Assembly: GCA_039811685.1 (NCBI GenBank)
Contig: JBDHZC010000008.1
Coordinates: 64,001 to 128,000, forward strand
Direction: 5' to 3'
Length of the DNA stretch: 64,000 nucleotides
DNA from: Armatimonadota bacterium
Lineage (GTDB): Bacteria > Armatimonadota > UBA5829 > DSUL01
Below, piece by piece: positions 18,473-29,300 of the stretch. The notes under the pieces are model-generated. The model worked only from the letters and a program-made list of their open reading frames with translations, did no database searches and was not told where the DNA came from. The translations under genes were made by a program, and so were the position numbers. Within the stretch, counting starts at the first letter, position 1; every line of letters starts with the position of its first letter.

Positions 18473-20242
18473 ATGCTACGTTGGTTTTTCGCAGTCTGGC
18501 TGTTGCTGGCATCGTTCGTTCGCATGTCACCCGTATATGGCGAATCCTATGACCGGAAAGGGCTATACGGCGTGGGCCATCCAGCAGGCGGCTATCTTCT
18601 TGGAAACCCTGCAGACTATGAAGACACGGTCTGGCGGCGCATCGCCGAAGCGGGTGCAACGAGCGTGCGAGTTGCGGCAAGCTGGCGGGAGATCGAGGCG
18701 CAGAAAGGGAAGTATGACTGGTCTGATCTGGAAAAGACGCTCAAGTACTTCAGGAAATATCCGCAACTGCGCCCCTACATTCTGGTTGTGAATACTCCCG
18801 GGTGGGCGCGAGCTGATGGCAAACCTTCTCACCTGCCCCCGACTCCTGCCGCACTGCCAGAGTGGAAAGCGTTCAACAGGGAGCTGGCGCGCAAGTATCG
18901 CGGATTTATCTCTCACTTCGAAGTCTGGAACGAACAGAACGGCTTTGGCTGGGAGGTGCCGCCTTACAACCAGGTGGACAAATATCTCCCCGTTCTTGAA
19001 GCTGCTTACGACGGGCTGAAAGAGGGCAATCCTGAGTGCATGGTGAGCCTCGGCGGGCTGGATGACGCAGCAGGGAACTCGCCTATCTTTACAAAAGGCT
19101 GCTACGACCTTCGGCTGAAAGACTACGGCAACAGGGTGATGTGGGACGCATTCGGTGATCATCCGTACGGAGATGTCCCCTCCACGATGAGCAAACTGCG
19201 TCTGATCAAAGGCATTGCCGCAGGGTATGGCGACGGTCCGATTGAGATGTGGCTGACGGAGTACGGGTTCAACACGCGGGATATGTCACTGAAGGAACAG
19301 GCGAAGCAGCTTACAGAGTACATGACTCTGTTGATCACCGACCCTGAGTTCCGCTATGTGACAGAGACAAACTACCTTTGTGTGGCGGATTTTGAAGCCG
19401 GTAATCGCAGCTTCGGGCTGTGCGACGTGAACCTGCGGCCTCGCCCGGCCTTTTATGCCTATCAGCGGCTGCCACGGCCGGGGCAGATCGTCATTTCTGA
19501 TATCAAGGCTGAGCCGCTGTCGGCAAATCGTGTGGCGATTATCTGGCAGACGGACGGCGCAGCTACCGGCACAGTAGAATTAGACGGTAAACCGGCTGCA
19601 CGAACTTCCAAAGACACCCGACACCGAGCCGTCATTGAGGGGCTGCAGCCGGGATCACGGCACGCCTTTCGAATTCGCTGCAATGCGCCGGGATATCCCG
19701 AAGCAGCAACTCTGGAGTATCCGATTCGCGCCCTTGCTGCGAGCGGACTGCTGAACGGCGGGTTTGAAGAAGGATTTGATGTTGGGATAGCTGGCGGATG
19801 GCGCTGTATCGGAGAGAACCACTGCTGGGACAGCGCGCGGCTCGAAGAAAAACTGAGGCGCGCTCACTCTGGCAAATCCGCTCAGGCTATTGTCGCCCAT
19901 GGACAGTGGAACGTCAGGCTGGATGATGCAGTGGCCGCGCAGGCGGCAGTCCAACCGGGCAGTGAGATCTCTTTTAGCGTCTGGACACGCGCCGACAGTG
20001 AAGCGAAAGACACCTCCGTTATCCGGCGAGTGGGAATAGACCCGACAGGCGGGCAGGATCCGGAGTCTGGGAATGTCGTCTGGAGCGAGCCCAGCTCCGA
20101 GATGGGTATCTGGCAGCGGCAGACTGTGACTGTTCAGACGAAAGGAAGCATTGCCACTGTTTTTGCCGCTGCAAACTCAGAGCAGTCCGGAAAGGCGCGC
20201 AACGTATTCTACGTGGACGACGCCACTCTGAGATCCAGGTAA
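18473..20242 (+). CDS. Secreted clan GH-A glycoside hydrolase (GH39/GH5-like) with FN3-like and CBM-like domains
   Basis: Signal peptide; WNEQN (acid/base), HPY, WLTEYG (nucleophile); LLNGGFEEG C-terminal jelly-roll; GGAGGAG RBS. Confidence 0.82.
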   Translation: MLRWFFAVWLLLASFVRMSPVYGESYDRKGLYGVGHPAGGYLLGNPADYEDTVWRRIAEAGATSVRVAASWREIEAQKGKYDWSDLEKTLKYFRKYPQLRPYILVVNTPGWARADGKPSHLPPTPAALPEWKAFNRELARKYRGFISHFEVWNEQNGFGWEVPPYNQVDKYLPVLEAAYDGLKEGNPECMVSLGGLDDAAGNSPIFTKGCYDLRLKDYGNRVMWDAFGDHPYGDVPSTMSKLRLIKGIAAGYGDGPIEMWLTEYGFNTRDMSLKEQAKQLTEYMTLLITDPEFRYVTETNYLCVADFEAGNRSFGLCDVNLRPRPAFYAYQRLPRPGQIVISDIKAEPLSANRVAIIWQTDGAATGTVELDGKPAARTSKDTRHRAVIEGLQPGSRHAFRIRCNAPGYPEAATLEYPIRALAASGLLNGGFEEGFDVGIAGGWRCIGENHCWDSARLEEKLRRAHSGKSAQAIVAHGQWNVRLDDAVAAQAAVQPGSEISFSVWTRADSEAKDTSVIRRVGIDPTGGQDPESGNVVWSEPSSEMGIWQRQTVTVQTKGSIATVFAAANSEQSGKARNVFYVDDATLRSR

Positions 20243-20309
20243 GCTGCGCTGTTTTTCGACTTTGACGCGTTGTAGGGCCGGCGTGAAGGACGATATGGGG
20301 TGAGTGAAC

Positions 20310-22685
20310 TTAGCACTCACCTGGCGCTGAGAGCATCTTGCGAGCCGATTCAATCTGCGCCGGAGTGCCCATGACAATCAACTCATCGCCTTCCCGTAGC
20401 TCCATGGATGGGCTGGGATTGGCGTGGAGGTCTTCGCCCGGGCGCTTGACAGCCAACAAAGTCACCTCACACGCCTCCCACAGGTTCAGATCGCGCAGCG
20501 TCTTCCCCGCGCACGTTGAAGGTCCCGCGACGGTAATCTTGGCCATCTCCGTCTCGAGCCCATCGCTGTGCACAACCAGGTCCAGAAAATCCATTACTTC
20601 AGGGCGGATAACCGCCGCCGCAAGCCGCCGTCCACCCAGAATGTACGGAGAGGTGACCATATCCGCCCCGGCGTGCCGCAGCTTGTCTTCGTTCTCTTTC
20701 AGAATAGAGCGCGCTTCTATGAACAGATTCCTGTTGAGTCCGCGCGCAGTCAGGACGATGAAGACATTCTCTTCGTCGGAGGCTGCCACTGCGATTAGCC
20801 CCTTTGCCCGCTCTATCCCGGCCCGGCGCAAAGTCTCGTCATCTGTCGCCGGACCCTCAATGCGCAGGACATTGCCGTCCCGCAACTTTGGAAGCTGTTC
20901 AGGATTGTCCTCAACTACAACGCACTCGACTCCGTTTGCGGTCAGGTCTTTGACAATCTGCTGTCCCATTCGTCCGTAGCCGCAGATGACATAGTGGTCA
21001 CGCAGCGCCTCAATCTGTCTGTCCATAGTTCGCCTCGCTATAGCCTCTTCTTTGTCCATGATAAGGTCGGCCGCCTGAACCGCGGCATCGGCATACGGGT
21101 CAAGAAGCAGGTCTGTGTCTTCATTAACCACTGCCTCCTCACCATTTAGATCGGGCGTTGCGACAGCCGCAAGCCCCGTGAACCCCGTGCTGCGAATACC
21201 CTTGAGAAGATTAGCGTTCTGATCCGCGTCTCGCAGTGAGCTGACCACCCACCGGACGTGGTCCAGATGCAGCGCTCGCGCGAACTCCTGATCTGTCGCA
21301 TCACCGTACACCGCATCCCCCCCCCGCTGGCGCCAGGCCACGACCGCCTGCGGGTCGAAGTCCACACCCAGTACCCGCTTACCTCGCGCTTCCAGCTCTG
21401 CAGCGATACCGCTCCCGTACCGTCCTATTCCGAAGATAACCGTATCGACGCTATCCAAAAGCCGGGTGGCGTCACTGCCCGCGTCTTCGCGGCTGGGCAC
21501 ACGGCGCTCAAAGACATTCAGATAGCCGGATAGCTTCTCATAGATGCAGTGCGCATTGGAGATCATGTACGTGGAGATGGTGATGGTCACAAGCAGCGAC
21601 ATTGTGACGACACCCTCCGCGTCCTTCCCAACGAGCCCCAGCTTTGCGCACAGCGCTATGAGAATCAGGGAGAACTCACTCACCTGCCCAACAGTGATGC
21701 CAGTCAGCAGGCTTGTGCGCTTGCGGTATCCCAGAGCCCCCGTAATCGCCATCACAATCAGCGGGTTGCCAATCAGAACGAACAGCGACAACGGAATCGC
21801 CGGTACGATTTGCGTTCTCAGCAGTCCAATATCAAGCCTGCTGCCAAGCTCCAGGAAGAAGAAAACGAGCAGAAAGTCTCGCAGGCTACTCAGACGCGCA
21901 CCTATAGCCTCGCGATAGGGCGTAGAGGCAAGGGATACCCCTGCAAGAAACGCGCCGATCTCCCGGCTGAACCCGAGCAGCCCAGATGCGGTCGAAAGGC
22001 TAAATGCCCACATAATGCTTGAGAGCACCAGGAGCTCAGGAGTCTTTGCCAGCGTAGGCATCAAGCGCGGCAGCGCCAGAGAAGTCAAAAGCCACACACC
22101 CGCGAGCAGGCCGAAACCCTTGACAAGCACCAGTGCGGTCTGAGTGGCCGGATTGACGTCTTTGCCAGAGAAAGCGGAGATCAGAATCATCGCCAGAATG
22201 ACAACGACGTCCTGCACAATGAGAATACCCAGTGAAAGTCTGCCGTGCAGGGAGTTTGCCTCACCCTTGTCCGACAGCATTTTGACCACGATGATCGTGC
22301 TGGAGAAAGTCAGCGAAACGGCAACGTAGATAGCCGTTTGTAAGGGCATCCCGACAGCCAGCGCCACAGGTATCCCCAGGATCGCCGTCGCCAACACCTG
22401 CCCAGCGCCGGTCGCAAGCGCGACACTACCCATGCTGCGCAGCATGCTGACGTCCAGTTTCAGCCCAACAATGAACAGCAGCAGCGCCAGCCCCATCTCG
22501 GCCAACGTGTGAATGTGGGTGACAGATCGGATCCAGCCTAGTCCGGAAGGTCCCGCGAGGATTCCGACCGCTATGAACGCGACGATCAGCGGCTGGCGCA
22601 GGCGCACCGCCGCAACAGCCACGATTGTCGTGACAAACAGCACGGCCGCCAGTTCATCGAATATGTCCGCAAAAGGAAGCGCCAT
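20310..22685 (-). CDS. CPA2/Kef-type cation:proton antiporter with RCK_N + RCK_N + RCK_C
   Basis: LLFIVGL, FSSTIIVVKML, LIVQD, QVSEFS; two GxGxxG-type RCK_N motifs (FGIGRYG, CGYGRMG); C-terminal TrkA-C. Confidence 0.92.
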   Translation of the reverse strand: MALPFADIFDELAAVLFVTTIVAVAAVRLRQPLIVAFIAVGILAGPSGLGWIRSVTHIHTLAEMGLALLLFIVGLKLDVSMLRSMGSVALATGAGQVLATAILGIPVALAVGMPLQTAIYVAVSLTFSSTIIVVKMLSDKGEANSLHGRLSLGILIVQDVVVILAMILISAFSGKDVNPATQTALVLVKGFGLLAGVWLLTSLALPRLMPTLAKTPELLVLSSIMWAFSLSTASGLLGFSREIGAFLAGVSLASTPYREAIGARLSSLRDFLLVFFFLELGSRLDIGLLRTQIVPAIPLSLFVLIGNPLIVMAITGALGYRKRTSLLTGITVGQVSEFSLILIALCAKLGLVGKDAEGVVTMSLLVTITISTYMISNAHCIYEKLSGYLNVFERRVPSREDAGSDATRLLDSVDTVIFGIGRYGSGIAAELEARGKRVLGVDFDPQAVVAWRQRGGDAVYGDATDQEFARALHLDHVRWVVSSLRDADQNANLLKGIRSTGFTGLAAVATPDLNGEEAVVNEDTDLLLDPYADAAVQAADLIMDKEEAIARRTMDRQIEALRDHYVICGYGRMGQQIVKDLTANGVECVVVEDNPEQLPKLRDGNVLRIEGPATDDETLRRAGIERAKGLIAVAASDEENVFIVLTARGLNRNLFIEARSILKENEDKLRHAGADMVTSPYILGGRRLAAAVIRPEVMDFLDLVVHSDGLETEMAKITVAGPSTCAGKTLRDLNLWEACEVTLLAVKRPGEDLHANPSPSMELREGDELIVMGTPAQIESARKMLSAPGEC

Positions 22686-22813
22686 AGATAGAAGGTCTGA
22701 AGACTGTTCCAATCCTTCCGCCTGGCCTGGCATCGACCAGTGGTGCGCAGGATTGGCAACTTGTGCCTTATTATGGCTGCGGAATCATCCGGGCGGCAGC
22801 ACTCCGAGCGTAT

Positions 22814-24340
22814 TTAGCGCAACATCAATCGAGCCGCCTGCCAAATTCCGCCGGCTCCGCCCGGGTTGAAGACGCGAACGGCCAGCACATTTGTCTGTCC
22901 CGGCTTTAGCCAGTCAGTAACGTCAACGGACCACGGCTGATTAGCGCCACCTTCGTCGAAGAAATGCCCGCGCAGATACCGTCCGTTCAGCCACGCCCAC
23001 CCCACTTCATCAGCAGCGCCTAGAATGAGATAAACCTTCTGGCTTTCCTTTACTGTGGGCGCCTTGAAAGACAGACGGTACCAGGCGGCGCCCGAGTATT
23101 GACGGTCAATCTGGTGATCCCACGCGCTGTCTACGCGGATTTTCTGCCAGGCGGAGTCGTCATAGTCAGGCTGCTGCCACTTCTGGTTCTCACCCTGCAG
23201 CTTCTCGTCCGTCTGAAAGAGCCATCCATCTCGCGGAAGCTCAATGAGTTGAGGAGGGTTGGGATCACCGGATCCGGGCCCTTTTTTCGCCAGAGCCAGA
23301 GCCTGCACGTAAGGGTCAGGTGTGTTGAAGTCCCACCAGCGCAGACGCTCCGAGTAAACCCACACGTAGCGATCGCTCGCCTCCAGCGCATACGCCAGCG
23401 AAGCCCGAAAACCAGCAGGCGTAAACCAGTTTTTCTGAAAATCGCAGCAGTTCCAGCCAATGGCAAAATCCGCCCAGAGTGCAAACCCTGCGCGAATATG
23501 CTTGTCGAAGGCGTCTTTGTTGGTTGTAATCTCACGGGAGAGACCGAGAATGTGCCTGCGCCCCGCCTGAAACTGCTCGCGTGTAAGAAACGGGTAGGAC
23601 TGCTCAAATCCATCCACGAGGACGGTCTTGGGTGTTGCGGCCTCAGCCATACCGTCAAAGAAGGCAAAGAGCAGGCCGTAGCGATCTTGCGTAATGTCCA
23701 GATGTCCTGAGGAGATTGCCGGGCCCACCAGACACAACATCGTCAGGTCAGGATACTCGGCGTTAATGGCGGTTATGAACTCGCGCCCGCGCCGTTTGAC
23801 CTGCTCAACGTACTGTTCCCAGGTGCGCTTTTCCGGGTCTTTCTTGACGAGATTTGCATAGCTCCAGAGATTGCCGCCATAGTCCTCCGGATCGAACATA
23901 AGCCCCTTACAACCACCCTGCCTTGCCACCCGTGCAAGGAGCGCCGCGTTGGCGCAAACCGTCTTCCAGCTCGGCCCCCACCAGCCGCCTTCAGGGTTGT
24001 CCACAATCATCTGGATGAAGTTGTCGGAGAAGCGTTTGAACGTCGTCGCTTTCAGATCCGCAACCGCATGCTCTATCTCAGCAGGCTCGATGGGAGTCTT
24101 GTTGAAAACGCGCCAGCCCAGCGACTGAGCGTTTTCGCTGGAGTCTGGTTTGGGCAGAATCTTGATTACTACACCGTCAAAAGGGATGCGCTCCATCTGG
24201 CGTATATTCTCGCGCACAAAGCGCGTGCTCGGGACATCCCAACCATATTCAATCAGCTTCTTTGAGGAGGAGCTGGCAATTATCTGGCCGGAGAAAAGCG
24301 AAAAAACAAGACTAAGTACGATGGTTCGGTGAGGTCTCAC
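22814..24340 (-). CDS. Secreted protein: uncharacterised N-terminal domain plus GH2-type sugar-binding jelly-roll
   Basis: Signal peptide; KLIEYGWD...PFDGV...FDPEDY; C-terminal WLFQTD...DDSAW...YSGAAWYR...GGIWQ; AAAGGAG before GTG 24340. Confidence 0.78.
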   Translation of the reverse strand: MRPHRTIVLSLVFSLFSGQIIASSSSKKLIEYGWDVPSTRFVRENIRQMERIPFDGVVIKILPKPDSSENAQSLGWRVFNKTPIEPAEIEHAVADLKATTFKRFSDNFIQMIVDNPEGGWWGPSWKTVCANAALLARVARQGGCKGLMFDPEDYGGNLWSYANLVKKDPEKRTWEQYVEQVKRRGREFITAINAEYPDLTMLCLVGPAISSGHLDITQDRYGLLFAFFDGMAEAATPKTVLVDGFEQSYPFLTREQFQAGRRHILGLSREITTNKDAFDKHIRAGFALWADFAIGWNCCDFQKNWFTPAGFRASLAYALEASDRYVWVYSERLRWWDFNTPDPYVQALALAKKGPGSGDPNPPQLIELPRDGWLFQTDEKLQGENQKWQQPDYDDSAWQKIRVDSAWDHQIDRQYSGAAWYRLSFKAPTVKESQKVYLILGAADEVGWAWLNGRYLRGHFFDEGGANQPWSVDVTDWLKPGQTNVLAVRVFNPGGAGGIWQAARLMLR

Positions 24341-24460
24341 TGCACAGACTCCTTTCAAAAAAAGCGGCGCCATTATATCAGGAAAACTGGACGGATACAG
24401 GTAACACTGGAGAATACGTAAAACGTTTCAGCAGTTTGGCATAAAGAGAGGAAATCAGCA

Positions 24461-25423
24461 TTGTTAAAGCTAGGTCTTATCGGGTGCGGACAGCTTGGAA
24501 AGATCCACGCCAACTGTGTCGCACAGATTGAAGGGGCGCGCTTCTCCGGGTACGCAGACATCGCAAGGGAAGCGTCAGAGGCAATGCTGGCGCAGTTCGG
24601 CGGCGACTACGCAACTGAGGATGTCTCTCGCGTGATGAATGATCCCTACATTGACGCGGTGTATATCTGCACACGCCACGACTCGCACGCACCGCTCGCT
24701 ATCGCTGCGGCGCAGGCCGGGAAGCACATCCTCATTGAAAAGCCGCTGGCCTTGACCATGGAAGAGTGCGAAGCAGTGGAAGAGGCGGTCAGGAAGGCCG
24801 GAGTCTTTCTGATGCCTGCGTTCAAGCTGCGCTACTATCCTCTGATCCGCAAGGCGCACGAGTTCATCCCGGAACCTCTGGTGACCGTGGGGCAAGTTAT
24901 GGATGAGCGCTGGGGTGACGACGCGTGGGCACAGGACCCGCTGCAGGGCGGTGCAAACGTCCACAGCCAGGGAGTGCACACGACGGATATTCTGCGTTTT
25001 CTTGTGGGCAGTGAGCCTAAGAGACTCTGGGCCACAGGCGGCACGCTGACGCATCCGGGACACCCCTGTATTGATCAGTGCGTCGCTTCCATTGAGTTTG
25101 AAAACGGCCGTGTGGCGTCCTGGATTCAGGGCGATGCTGGCATGCCGCCCTACCCGGGCAAGTTCTTCTTTGAGCTCTTCGGGCGCGGTAGAACTGTACA
25201 GCTCCACGACCGTGTCCGCAGCGCTACATTCTCAGAGGGCGCAAAGACCTGGACGGAGGAAAGACCGGAAGAAGAAGGATTTCTGCTGGAGAACCGGGAG
25301 TTTATTTCTGCACTGACACACGGCCGGGAACCCGAGCTGACCGTGCAGGATGGAATTCAGGCCACAAAAATCGTTCTCGCTGCAGACAAATCCATTCGCA
25401 CAGGTGATATCCAGTATTTATAG
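24461..25423 (+). CDS. Gfo/Idh/MocA family oxidoreductase
   Basis: GCGQLG, DAVYICTRHDSH, GKHILIEKP, GVHTTD. Confidence 0.93.
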   Translation: MLKLGLIGCGQLGKIHANCVAQIEGARFSGYADIAREASEAMLAQFGGDYATEDVSRVMNDPYIDAVYICTRHDSHAPLAIAAAQAGKHILIEKPLALTMEECEAVEEAVRKAGVFLMPAFKLRYYPLIRKAHEFIPEPLVTVGQVMDERWGDDAWAQDPLQGGANVHSQGVHTTDILRFLVGSEPKRLWATGGTLTHPGHPCIDQCVASIEFENGRVASWIQGDAGMPPYPGKFFFELFGRGRTVQLHDRVRSATFSEGAKTWTEERPEEEGFLLENREFISALTHGREPELTVQDGIQATKIVLAADKSIRTGDIQYL

Positions 25424-25492
25424 GATAAAATCTGCTTGGTGAATCGATACACCTGAGACGATAACTGCCCGAAGTGGCTATTTGCGCCTCAC

Positions 25493-26338
25493 ATGCTGGA
25501 GATGACAGAGATGTTTCTCAAACGTCAGAGTAAGACACGCAAGTCCCTCGGCAACACGGCTGAAAAACGGCACGGCGCGCCCGGATTCACACTGATTGAG
25601 TTGCTCGTGGTGATCGCGATCATTGCCGTGCTTGCGGCCATTCTGTTCCCTGTTTTCACGATGGCGAGGGAGAAGGCACGGGCGACTCAGTGCCTCAGTA
25701 ACCTCTCACAGCTGTCCCGCGCTATGATTCAATTCGCCAACGATAACAAAGGGATGCTTCCCGACGCTTCCATAAAAAACAACCCGGCGCCTTACTCCGA
25801 CTGGTGTGGAAGCAAGCTGGTGGGCGGCGCAGCCGAGGACGCCCCGCGCCTGGAGCTTGGACAAATCTGGCCTTATGTGAAGGCGAAGGGCGTGTACGTC
25901 TGTCCGACTGATAAGAACCGGACGCCCGCGCGTCCGTCAAACGCTTCGAGATGGCGCAACTATCCACTCAGTTATTCGATGAATACAGCTCTTGACGCCC
26001 AGGGCTGGGCCGATGCTGGAGCGGACTATCCCAGGTATTACAGCAAGATGGACTCTATCGCTAATGACCCTTCAAAAGTTCTGCTTCTGATACATGAGAG
26101 CAAAGACAGTGGTGCGGACGAGTACGGCATGATCTCGGGAATAAACGACGGAGAGTTCAACTGGGCGAGCACAGATCACCCAGCGAAGGTGCACTATGAC
26201 GGCACGCAGGTGGCTTATCTGGATGGACATGCAGCGTATGTCAAAAGGTCTGTTGCCTATGAGCGTATGAAGGCGGGCGAGTGGCACCCGGGACACACAC
26301 CCGGAATGCGTTACACCGGTCCGCGGAGTGGCGGTTAG
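25493..26338 (+). CDS. Prepilin-type N-terminal cleavage/methylation (DUF1559-like) protein with H-X9-DG motif
   Basis: [31 protein letters not shown]...CLSNL; C-terminal [13 protein letters not shown]. Confidence 0.93.
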   Translation: MLEMTEMFLKRQSKTRKSLGNTAEKRHGAPGFTLIELLVVIAIIAVLAAILFPVFTMAREKARATQCLSNLSQLSRAMIQFANDNKGMLPDASIKNNPAPYSDWCGSKLVGGAAEDAPRLELGQIWPYVKAKGVYVCPTDKNRTPARPSNASRWRNYPLSYSMNTALDAQGWADAGADYPRYYSKMDSIANDPSKVLLLIHESKDSGADEYGMISGINDGEFNWASTDHPAKVHYDGTQVAYLDGHAAYVKRSVAYERMKAGEWHPGHTPGMRYTGPRSGG

Positions 26339-29300
26339 TGACCACCGGGACGCTTCAAGCGCTGAGACAATCGCGATTAAGTCGCCGGGCAGGAGTGGTA
26401 CGAGCGTTTGCCAGTGTCTGCATTGTCAGTCTCATAGCTCTCGCGGGATGGAGTCCGGGAGCGAACGCTGGAGAGGTGGACAAGTTTTGTAGTTGTCCCA
26501 CTGCGCGGACCCCACCGGTTGTTGACGGTTCGATTGACGAAAGCGAATGGGCTTTGTCACCGTGGCAGAGTGGCTTCGCAATTCCCAACAGCCGCAACCT
26601 TGCGCCGGCCCAGACGAAATTTCGCGTAGCTCGAAGTGCGAACGATCTGTACATCGCAATCGAAGCGAAAGAGCCAGAAATGGACAGGGTCAAAGCGAAA
26701 GAGACGCAGCGGGACACAGAGGTGGCGCTGGATGACTGCGTTGAAGTCGGCATTGATCCTCCCCACGACCACCTCACACACTACCATTTCATCGTCAACC
26801 CCCGTGGAGCTTTGCTGGATTTTCGCAATGGCTTTTACTCTGCGTGGGACGCAAACGTCCGGGTTGGAGTGAAGCGGTTGAAAGATCGCTGGACTGTAGA
26901 GATGGCAATCCGTCTGGTTGATCTGGCTCAGCGAAAGCCAAAGTCCGCAGACGTATGGGGATTCAATGTTTACCGTGAACGCCAGGCAAGCGGCTCGACA
27001 GAGCTTAGCAACTGGGCGGAATCAACAGGGATATTTACGGTTTCGCGGCAGATGGGGCATCTGGTGTTTGGGTTTGGCGGATTCTCTTTCGCAAAGGCAC
27101 ATCAGAAGTTTCTGAAGACGCTGACGCCCGAATTAGCGCGTAGCCCAAACGGCTTCGAAGGTCGCCCCTGGACATTTCTGGACAACGAACTCTCTGAAGA
27201 CCATGACCTCGCCTCGAGTCTCAAGTCAACCGGACCACATGTCAGGCCCTCGGCAGCAGTAAGGGCTCTTGTCTTCATTGGCGCCCGCGGGGAAGGACGC
27301 AATCTGAATCCGGGAACCGCTGTACGCGATGCGGTGGAACTTGTGAAACGCTACGGCTTCGACGCTACTGCAGTCTTTGTGAACTCCAGGGGTCTGGTCG
27401 GCGAAGCGCTGGGTGAGCGGCGGCTGCGATACCTGCTGAAAGACTCTTACAACGCCTTCGTTTTTGGCCACTGCAGCCCGGCCGATCTTCCGAAGCCTTA
27501 TCAGGAAGAGATTGAGAGACGCCTGAATGCTGGGGCGGGTGTCGTTTGCGTATCGGATGACAGTACCCCCTCCTGGTTTGACGGAAGGCGCACGTTTGAG
27601 CCTGGCGACTTTTCTTCCACCCTTCCTGTTCCAGAGCTGTCTGCCTTTCAGGCCATAAAGCCGACGTCTGATGAATCCAGCAGAGACTACGAGCCAATCC
27701 AGTCCTTCAGCTGCGGGCACGGTCGCGCTGTGTCCATACGATATCCGGGCGTAAACGGACTGACGCCAGAAATGCCCGCGACACGTGAGAACGTGCTGGA
27801 GTACGGCTACTGGATAGATATTGTGGGGCAGGCCGTCCAGTGGGCGTCACGCTCTGAGCCAGCAGGCAGAGTTCAAGTGCCTTCGATGACTGTGGGACGC
27901 AGCCAGTTACCCCAAGCCGTGCCTTTGGAAATCAGGCCGCTACCAGATCAGCAGCACAAGCCGGCCGTGTTGTTGCGAGATATGGAGAATACAACAGAGC
28001 TGGCCGTAAATACGACACCGGAAGGCATTTATGAAGCCGAACTGCCAGAGCTGCCTGCAGGACGCTACTGGCTGGAGGTTTACTCCGCTGGCACTGACGG
28101 TCAACAGCAGCCCGTCTCGGCGCTTGGTAGGCTTCAGGTAGTTCAGACAACGTCTCAAATGCGCATCAGCATTGACAGGGCGCTGTTCAAAGAAGATGAG
28201 AACGTCACCGGATCTATTCATTCCGGACAGGGGACTGCTGTACGGATAACACTGGAGAACTTTGATGGAGACTGGTTGGCCTCGAAAACACTGCCGCGCT
28301 CCACAACGGAGACACGTTTCTCAATTCCGCTGACTGGCAGAGTAACTGCGAATATGACTCTCAGAGTTGAGTCACTCTCTCAGGATAAGGTACTCGAAAC
28401 TCAGAGCATTGGCGTGAAAGCGCAGCGCAAACGGACGGATGACTTTCACGGCGTTATGTGGGACCAGCCGGATGGGCCGATGGGTCTATTGGCATTTAGA
28501 AACTTGCGGGAAAAGGCCGGATTTGACGTCGTTCTGGACGGAGCCATTGGCGAGGCGGCTCTTGGCGCTGACTACATGGGCCTGCCCTACACCACGCGCA
28601 TTACTAACACGCGAAAACCCGATGGTGTGATGACCTGGGGCTGCTGGAACGACCCGGCTGCCGTACGCAGGCGTATCGACACCGTTATTGACAAACAGAA
28701 AATCAACGCAGCAAACGGCGTCTGGTGCTACTCCCTGGGAGACGAAAACGATACGATGGGGTGCTGTTTGCATCCTGACTGTCTCGCGGCTTACAGGCGA
28801 TATTTGCAGCAGCAGTACGGATCTATATCTGCTCTGAACGAATCGTGGGGCGAGCGCTACCAAAGCTTCGAAGATGTCCAGCTTCTGCGTGGGGACGATG
28901 TTTTCAAGGACGGGCAGGCTTTTCAGACTGGAAAGTATCCGAGATGGCTGGACAGGCAGAAGTTTGCGCGGCTCAACTACGCCCGGCTGTGCAAGCGCTA
29001 CGCAGAGGCTTACGACGAGATAGATCCGGGCGCCATTACAGGCTTTGAGGGAACAGGCAGATTCGGCGAAGACCCGGACGCTCTGCTCGGCTCTGTTGGG
29101 ATGTGGACGACGTACAACAACATCTTCGACGATATTCTGCGCACACTTATCCCGCCAGAGTTTATTCACAGTATCTGGGTGGGATATCAGAAGGATGCAG
29201 ATTCTCTGCTGGCGGCAAGCTGGCGCGCGCTGGCGCTTGGGGCTGACAGCTACTGGTGGTGGCGGTGGGATGGCATCGGATTCTACCGAGGCTTTGCCCG

